This document shows, in pieces, positions 26,717 to 32,000 of a stretch of DNA of 32,000 bases. Source of the DNA: Staphylothermus marinus F1 (GTDB lineage Archaea > Thermoproteota > Thermoprotei_A > Sulfolobales > Desulfurococcaceae); the NCBI RefSeq assembly GCF_000015945.1, contig NC_009033.1, positions 210,001-242,000 of the forward strand, written 5' to 3'. Positions within the stretch are counted from its first letter, which is position 1. Every line of letters begins with the position of its first letter. The notes beneath the pieces were generated by a model that was not told the origin of the DNA, made no database searches, and worked only from the letters and a program-made list of their open reading frames with translations. The position numbers were made by a program, and so were the translations under genes.

Positions 26717-27676
26717 CTATGGAATAATAAGCGCAAGAATGGCCTTTTGTACGTGTTTACGATTCTCTGCTTGATCCCAAACAATACTCCATTTACCATC
26801 AATTACTTCATCGACAACTTCCTGCCCTCTATGTGCTGGTAGGCAATGCATAAATACAGCATCCGACTTAGCATGTTTCATTAACTCAACTGTTACTCGA
26901 TATGGTTCCAGATCTTTTATCCTCTTCTCTTTTTCAGCCTCCTGCCCCATACTAACCCATACATCGGTGTACACTACATCAGCATCTCTAACTGCTTCAT
27001 AGGGATCACGTATTATCTCGTACTCTCCACCATTAGGTACGGCTTTTTCCTCGAATAATTTAATAATCCTTGGATCAGGATCGTATCCTTTCGGAGAAGA
27101 TATAATTATCTTGCCCCCTAGAATCCCTATTCCAAGCATTAAGCTGTGTAGGACATTGTCGCCTCCATCTCCTATGAATACTATTTTTAATTTACTTAGA
27201 TCAGATCCTTTCTTCTCCATAATAGTATAAATATCTGTTAATGCCTGTGCTGGATGCAGTAGATCGCTTAATCCATTAATTACTGGTACACGACTATATT
27301 GTGCAAGCTTTTCAAGTTTCTCATGCTCATAAACTCGCGCCATAATACCGTCAACATATCTAGATACTACACGAGCTGTATCCTCAATAGTTTCCCCTCT
27401 TCCTAGCTGTAATTCTTTCCAGCCAAGATATAAAGCGTCTCCTCCAAGCTCCCTCATAGCTGTCTCAAAACTTATCCTCGTCCTCGTGCTTGATTTTTCA
27501 AAAATCATTGCTAGATGTCGACCTGGAAGTAGAGGAATTACTCTTTCGCCTGCTAAGTATCTTTGTTTAAGATGCTTAGCTGTCTCAAGAACAAATAATA
27601 ATTCTTCGCGGGAATAATCCGCTAATGTTAAGAAGTCTCTCCCTTTAAGGCTTGTAACCATATTAGATCCCGCCAA
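26717..27676 (-). CDS. argF: Ornithine carbamoyltransferase
   Basis: FEKSSTRTR (carbamoyl-phosphate site), SDLLHPAQ, DVWVSMGQE (ornithine SMG loop) and HCLPAHRGQEV. 319 aa. Confidence 0.9.
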   Translation of the reverse strand: MAGSNMVTSLKGRDFLTLADYSREELLFVLETAKHLKQRYLAGERVIPLLPGRHLAMIFEKSSTRTRISFETAMRELGGDALYLGWKELQLGRGETIEDTARVVSRYVDGIMARVYEHEKLEKLAQYSRVPVINGLSDLLHPAQALTDIYTIMEKKGSDLSKLKIVFIGDGGDNVLHSLMLGIGILGGKIIISSPKGYDPDPRIIKLFEEKAVPNGGEYEIIRDPYEAVRDADVVYTDVWVSMGQEAEKEKRIKDLEPYRVTVELMKHAKSDAVFMHCLPAHRGQEVVDEVIDGKWSIVWDQAENRKHVQKAILALIIP

Positions 27677-28856
27677 CTACATGTTTTGTCTTATATATTA
27701 ATATTAATGACAAAATAAATCCTATAACTGCTACTATAGCAGAATATGTAAAAGCATATGCGTATCCCATTGAATCATATATTTTGCCTAGAATATAGTA
27801 TCCAATGAGAGCTGATAACCCATATGTTCCATGCATATATCCATATGCTTTAGCTCTAACACTCCTCTTAACATAGAAACTCGTGACAATCCTTATAAGA
27901 GTGTCGTGGAAAGCCATGTATATACCATATATGATGAAAAAGACTATAGCAATATAGCTATACGTAAACAATACTATAATAATTGATCCTGTAAACTGTA
28001 AAACAAACACTAATGGATATAACTTATCAAATCCTTTAACATCGCTAATAAACCCTATTGGATAAGCTAGTGATGCATAAACTATATTAGCAATGACTAG
28101 AAACAATATAGAGAACCCCTCACTCCAACCAATCTCCTTAGCTCGTAATAATAAATATGCTTGAGTATATCCCGCTAAACCACTAACAGCAACAGTAGCT
28201 ATGAATAACCAGAAATATGGATTCATACCTGTCTGTGAAAGCCCAGATTTCTTAGAAACATTCTTTTTTACACCTACTTCTTCAACGAAAAACAACAATA
28301 TTAGAATAGCAGGTAATCCAGGTATTATACTGAATATGAAAACACCTATGTATCCAAAAAATAATAACAGAAATATAGCTAGTAAAGGACCAATAGTTCC
28401 ACCAACAGTATCAAGTGCTCTATGAAGACCAAATGCTCTCCCTCTATATTCTGAACTAGCACTTGCTGCAAGCAATGTGTCTCTAGGAGAAGTCCTTATA
28501 CCTTTGCCTGTTCTATCTAATACTTTAATTAACAAGATGCCTAACGAGCTACGAGTAATAGCGAAAAATGGCTTGATAAAGTTAGATAAGGAATAACCAA
28601 TCAGAGTCAATAACTTATATTTGTGTATTTTATTAGCAATGAATCCACTTAAATACTTAAATATGCTAGCAACAAGCTCTCCAGCCCCTTCCACTAGACC
28701 TACAACTTCTTTTCCATAACCTAGGCTTTGAATATAGAATGGTAAAACAGCATAAACAGACTCACTAGATATATCGGTTAAAAGACTTGTAGTACTTAGT
28801 GCTAAAATATTTTTCTTTAAATACTGTTTACCTTCACCCGACATCTCATGGATCAT
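27663..28856 (-). CDS. Major facilitator superfamily transporter (substrate unknown)
   Basis: About 12 TM segments and an MFS motif-A-like loop (LDRTGKGIRTSPRD). Its stop overlaps the argF start by 14 nt. Confidence 0.7.
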   Translation of the reverse strand: MIHEMSGEGKQYLKKNILALSTTSLLTDISSESVYAVLPFYIQSLGYGKEVVGLVEGAGELVASIFKYLSGFIANKIHKYKLLTLIGYSLSNFIKPFFAITRSSLGILLIKVLDRTGKGIRTSPRDTLLAASASSEYRGRAFGLHRALDTVGGTIGPLLAIFLLLFFGYIGVFIFSIIPGLPAILILLFFVEEVGVKKNVSKKSGLSQTGMNPYFWLFIATVAVSGLAGYTQAYLLLRAKEIGWSEGFSILFLVIANIVYASLAYPIGFISDVKGFDKLYPLVFVLQFTGSIIIVLFTYSYIAIVFFIIYGIYMAFHDTLIRIVTSFYVKRSVRAKAYGYMHGTYGLSALIGYYILGKIYDSMGYAYAFTYSAIVAVIGFILSLILIYKTKHVVGGI

Positions 28857-28858
28857 CT

Positions 28859-30340
28859 CTATTTATTTTTGTTATTAGAAATTACCCTATCTATATATTT
28901 GAAATCAATATTAGCTATTTTCTCATAATTCCTCGATAGACTATATAAAATATTCTTAACATCTGAGTAAGAAACCCTATTAAGTAGATCATGTTTTACT
29001 AGTTCAATATAATTGCTCTTAGCAAGGTCAATTATTTGTCTAAATATTTTTTTAGACAATAAATATCTTCTAATATTTACATAGTATTTCGTCCTAAACG
29101 CATCTCTGGCTATATAGCTAGGAGTAATCTTGAAAGGTGTTATGATCTCAAAGTGGTTATTTGTGTCCTGCACTAAATATGTTCTTAGAAAGTATATGCC
29201 GCTTCTCATTTTAGGAGTTATAATAGTTATTTCTTCGAGTCTTCTAAAATATGAGTGAAGCTTATCAATTAGTCTATAAGATAATGATTCGATCTCCGAT
29301 AATAAAGCCAGTAAATGATTTATTAAACTAATAGCATTCCTCGATACTCTATCCTTCTCGGATTCTATTAGATCGAGCCTCTTCTCTTCAACACTGATCA
29401 TCTTAATATATTTGTTTCTCACCGATTCTAAATCTTTTTTAAGCGACTTCTGTAATTTTTTAATTCTTACTTGGAGCTTTCCTCGTTGGTGTTCAAGCTC
29501 CTTAATGAGCTCAGCATGTCTTTTTTTATTTCTGAACATTGATTGTTCACTAATTAATCTACGGATCTCATTATCAATAGTTCTAATTTGAACTTCTATA
29601 CCACTTATTATTCTTTGATATCTTCGCTCAGTGTTTTTAAGTTCTGAAACCATTTCTGTACTTAAAAGGTTAATTTTTTCCTTAATCAATTCTTGTGTTT
29701 CGTTAATGCTTCTATCTATTCTCCCATGGATTCTAGAGTATTTTTCTTTAATATCGTTTATTGCAATAAATGATTGATATGATAGATCCTCTATAATCTT
29801 CATAATATCCATGATTGTTTTAGTAATGAGGTATATGAATTGGTTTATTTGATTAACATACTCCTCTATATCTATGCTAGTAGGTGCTATGTTTATTTCA
29901 TATCCGCTGGATATATCGTATCCGCACCTACTTATTATTTCTGATAATTCATTAATAATTGACTTATATGGTATTACCTTAGGTAAAACAAGTTCTCCAT
30001 CTACAGAGTATTTTCCTCGAATGTATTCTTTGAGAATTTCACGAATACTAATTAAGGCATTTTCATTTAATGAATCTATAGTGATAGACTTAATGTAGTC
30101 GGTGTTAGGTACTTTATATTTCAGCCTGAAATCCTTCTTGTTTAGATAATCTAGTATAAATGTCCTATTATCGTATCCTTCAAGAAATAATAGGGGGTAG
30201 TATATGGGTATTATCCTAGAGAGCTTCTTGCCCTTAACAGAGTATAAATATGTGATCAATGCTGCTTCTCTGTATTGGTCAAAATAGATGAGCGAATCTG
30301 GATCTATTATTGTAGGAATTATTGGGTATTTATAGGTCAT
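28859..30340 (-). CDS. Hypothetical protein: N- and C-terminal globular domains joined by a ~200 aa coiled coil
   Basis: 493-aa ORF, the most AT-rich coding stretch in the window. The central region (aa ~170-370) is heptad-rich and charged (KELEHQRGKLQVRIKKLQKSLKKDLESVRNKY). Its stop lies 2 nt before the MFS start. No recognisable catalytic motif. Confidence 0.6.
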   Translation of the reverse strand: MTYKYPIIPTIIDPDSLIYFDQYREAALITYLYSVKGKKLSRIIPIYYPLLFLEGYDNRTFILDYLNKKDFRLKYKVPNTDYIKSITIDSLNENALISIREILKEYIRGKYSVDGELVLPKVIPYKSIINELSEIISRCGYDISSGYEINIAPTSIDIEEYVNQINQFIYLITKTIMDIMKIIEDLSYQSFIAINDIKEKYSRIHGRIDRSINETQELIKEKINLLSTEMVSELKNTERRYQRIISGIEVQIRTIDNEIRRLISEQSMFRNKKRHAELIKELEHQRGKLQVRIKKLQKSLKKDLESVRNKYIKMISVEEKRLDLIESEKDRVSRNAISLINHLLALLSEIESLSYRLIDKLHSYFRRLEEITIITPKMRSGIYFLRTYLVQDTNNHFEIITPFKITPSYIARDAFRTKYYVNIRRYLLSKKIFRQIIDLAKSNYIELVKHDLLNRVSYSDVKNILYSLSRNYEKIANIDFKYIDRVISNNKNK

Positions 30341-30533
30341 AATATTCAGCCATTAAAACCTTATTGTTATGTCTGCATCGTTAAACTAATGGTTCTTTTA
30401 ATTATTCACTATCTATTATTTATTTTTCACCGTATCAAGATATATCTGTTCCCATGTGATCAGCATAGACAATATATATTTGGACCGACAGTATAAGTGT
30501 ATATTGACAAATAGGACTTGGAGGCAAAGTGTT

Positions 30534-31607
30534 ATGAGTGAACCTTGGTTCCTAGGATATCTGGAAGGAAAACATTGGCTAACAAATGTCGACTATAATA
30601 TAGACACAATATTCAAGGTACTACAAGCAGCGAAAGAGCTGAAGGAAATGTATCATAAAGGCGTAAGGAAAGTTAACTGGTTAGATGGGAAGACATTGTA
30701 TCTACTATTCTACAACAAGAGTCTCCGTACAAGAAACAGTTTCCAAACAGGAATCTATCAGTTAGGTGGTCAAGGCATCTATATAGCTGCAGACCAAGTA
30801 TATAGACCAACACTTCCAGAAGACATGGTACCATATCAGACAGAAGCAATACGTGACGTATCACGAGTTCTAAGCAGGTATGGTAGTGGAATAGCTATAC
30901 GTATCTATGGAGACGCTGCTAAATGGATTATTGGACGTGGACACAAGATTATACAGGAATTTGCTAAGTGGGCAAGTATACCAGTACTTAATATGGAGGA
31001 CGATATCTATCACCCATTCCAGGCATTAGCCGATGCACAAGCAGCTCTAGAAGCACTTGGATGGCCCAAGGATCTAAGAGGAAAGAAATTCGTTGTCAGC
31101 TATGCATATAGTGGTGGGTTAAAACCATTAGCAGTTCCACAGAGTGTAGCATTAATAGCTGCTATGCTGGGAGCAGACGTTTATATTGCTCATCCACCAG
31201 GTTTTGAATTATTAGATGACGTACTAGCAAAGGTTAAACAATACACTGAGCACTGGGGTAGTGAGTTCAAGGTAGTACATGATATGGATGAAGCATTCGA
31301 AGGAGCAACCTTCGTGTATCCAAAGGCTTGGAGCCCGAAAGGATTCTTCCCACCATTCAACAACGTAGTTGATAAGGAGGGTGCTAAAGCGTATCAAGCA
31401 AAGTTTAAAGACTGGATAGTAACTATGGAGAGACTCGAAAAAGCCGGCAAACCTTTCTACATGCACTGTGGACCAGCAGACCGTGGACAAGAAGTTACAG
31501 ATGAAGTACTAGACAGCTATGAGAAGAGCCTATACTTTGAAGAAGCTGAGAACCGTCTGCATGTACAGAAAGCTGTAATGGCCATGGTAATGGGTAGTAA
31601 GAAGTAA
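30534..31607 (+). CDS. Carbamoyltransferase of the YgeW-like (non-OTC, non-ATC) type, substrate unknown
   Basis: NKSLRTRNSF (variant STRTR), IYHPFQALAD (HPxQ) and MHCGPADRGQEV (variant HCLPA). A long insert AYSGGLKPLAVPQS and the ~360 aa length recall E. coli YgeW (from memory). I prefer the ATG at 30534, preceded by GGAGG at 30521-30525, over the listed GTG at 30456. Confidence 0.75.
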   Translation: MSEPWFLGYLEGKHWLTNVDYNIDTIFKVLQAAKELKEMYHKGVRKVNWLDGKTLYLLFYNKSLRTRNSFQTGIYQLGGQGIYIAADQVYRPTLPEDMVPYQTEAIRDVSRVLSRYGSGIAIRIYGDAAKWIIGRGHKIIQEFAKWASIPVLNMEDDIYHPFQALADAQAALEALGWPKDLRGKKFVVSYAYSGGLKPLAVPQSVALIAAMLGADVYIAHPPGFELLDDVLAKVKQYTEHWGSEFKVVHDMDEAFEGATFVYPKAWSPKGFFPPFNNVVDKEGAKAYQAKFKDWIVTMERLEKAGKPFYMHCGPADRGQEVTDEVLDSYEKSLYFEEAENRLHVQKAVMAMVMGSKK

Positions 31608-31680
31608 TTTTTCTCTTAATAATATTTTTCTTTTTCTTATCCTTTCTTCTCTCCTATTTATCTCTGATCTGTGAGAATTA
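31608..31680 (+). terminator. T/C-rich tract downstream of the carbamoyltransferase gene (probable archaeal oligo-T terminator region)
   Basis: The tract tttttctcttaataatatttttctttttcttatcctttcttctctcc begins at the stop codon. Archaeal termination uses oligo-T runs. Confidence 0.35.
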
Positions 31681-31792
31681 TGTTTATATATATAAGAATA
31701 ACTGTTGGATCACAGGCTTTTGTAGAGATATAATTGGTTGCAACCCTAGGATAACTAGAATATTAACTTTAGGAGTAAAGTTAGTGATCAAA

Positions 31793-32000
31793 CTATTTGG
31801 GTAAGTATATGATCAAGGATATAATATATAATATTATAGATGCCAGTAATATCATTGTTAATATTGATTCTGTGTTTATATTTAATTTAAAGCGCAGAAC
31901 AGGCCTGTGTATTGGTTTAACTTGTCTCGTTTGCTCCTTATATTCTTTTACCCAAAGAGCTGGGGGAGTAGTCTTCTCGATCTCGGTGCTCTCAACACAT
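31793..32000 (-). CDS. 3' end of a gene running in from beyond the window (C-terminal TM anchor); product unknown
   Basis: The minus-strand frame is open from the window edge to the stop at 31793-31795: ...EIEKTTPPALWVKEYKEQTRQVKPIHRPVLRFKLNINTESILTMILLASIILYIISLIIYLPK*. It is absent from the ORF track because no start codon lies in the window. Confidence 0.3.
   Translation of the reverse strand, partial: CVESTEIEKTTPPALWVKEYKEQTRQVKPIHRPVLRFKLNINTESILTMILLASIILYIISLIIYLPK

Noticed and set aside
30456-30533. GTG-initiated 26-codon N-terminal extension of the YgeW-like gene, as given in the ORF track.
   Set aside because: The extension (MISIDNIYLDRQYKCILTNRTWRQSV) has no counterpart in carbamoyltransferases. 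The ATG at 30534 has a GGAGG 8 nt upstream and starts at the expected N-terminal helix.
1-32000. CRISPR arrays, rRNA, IS elements, inteins and toxin-antitoxin pairs.
   Set aside because: No regularly spaced direct repeats, no rRNA-like GC-rich kilobase segments, no transposase or integrase motifs, no intein blocks in Hel308 or other large proteins, and no small two-gene cassettes with recognisable TA motifs were seen.

Overview
AT-rich (about one third GC by eye), densely packed archaeal chromosomal window. Archaeal hallmarks are an AglB/STT3 oligosaccharyltransferase (WWDYGYW), a Hel308/Hjm helicase, a RibL-type FAD synthase, mevalonate kinase and an ESCRT-III-like protein. Together they point to a hyperthermophilic Thermoproteota (Crenarchaeota) genome of Desulfurococcales/Sulfolobales type; this is inference, no search was run. 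I support about 27 protein genes, mostly housekeeping or metabolic: a nucleotidyltransferase-phosphohexomutase fusion, iron-sulfur flavoprotein, SpeA-type arginine decarboxylase, radical SAM, MoeA-PBP fusion, CN-hydrolase, amidohydrolase, MgtE-like transporter, Mrp/NBP35, OTCase and a YgeW-like second carbamoyltransferase. There are also several orphan proteins. I found no rRNA, tRNA, CRISPR array, transposase or integrase. The most unusual signal is non-coding: two diverged copies of a GC-rich 200-240 bp element (9316-9555 and 23998-24196) lie in inverted orientation and bracket 14.4 kb of housekeeping genes. Each copy has a conserved TTTATAAA box, conserved stem-forming segments, an indel confined to a hairpin loop, and repeated GAUGAAG motifs. 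I read it as a candidate undescribed structured RNA/repeat family. Copy 1 ends exactly where a frameshifted, 5'-truncated ABC-ATPase pseudogene begins. Copy 2 starts exactly at the aglB stop codon and points into an ESCRT-III-like gene. Secondary points of interest are a tightly coupled orphan coiled-coil protein / MFS / OTCase operon divergent from the YgeW-like gene, a PLP-type arginine decarboxylase in an archaeon, and a phosphohexomutase domain with degenerate catalytic loops. All functional calls rest on motif recognition by eye, and start codons are approximate because several ORFs start on TTG or GTG.
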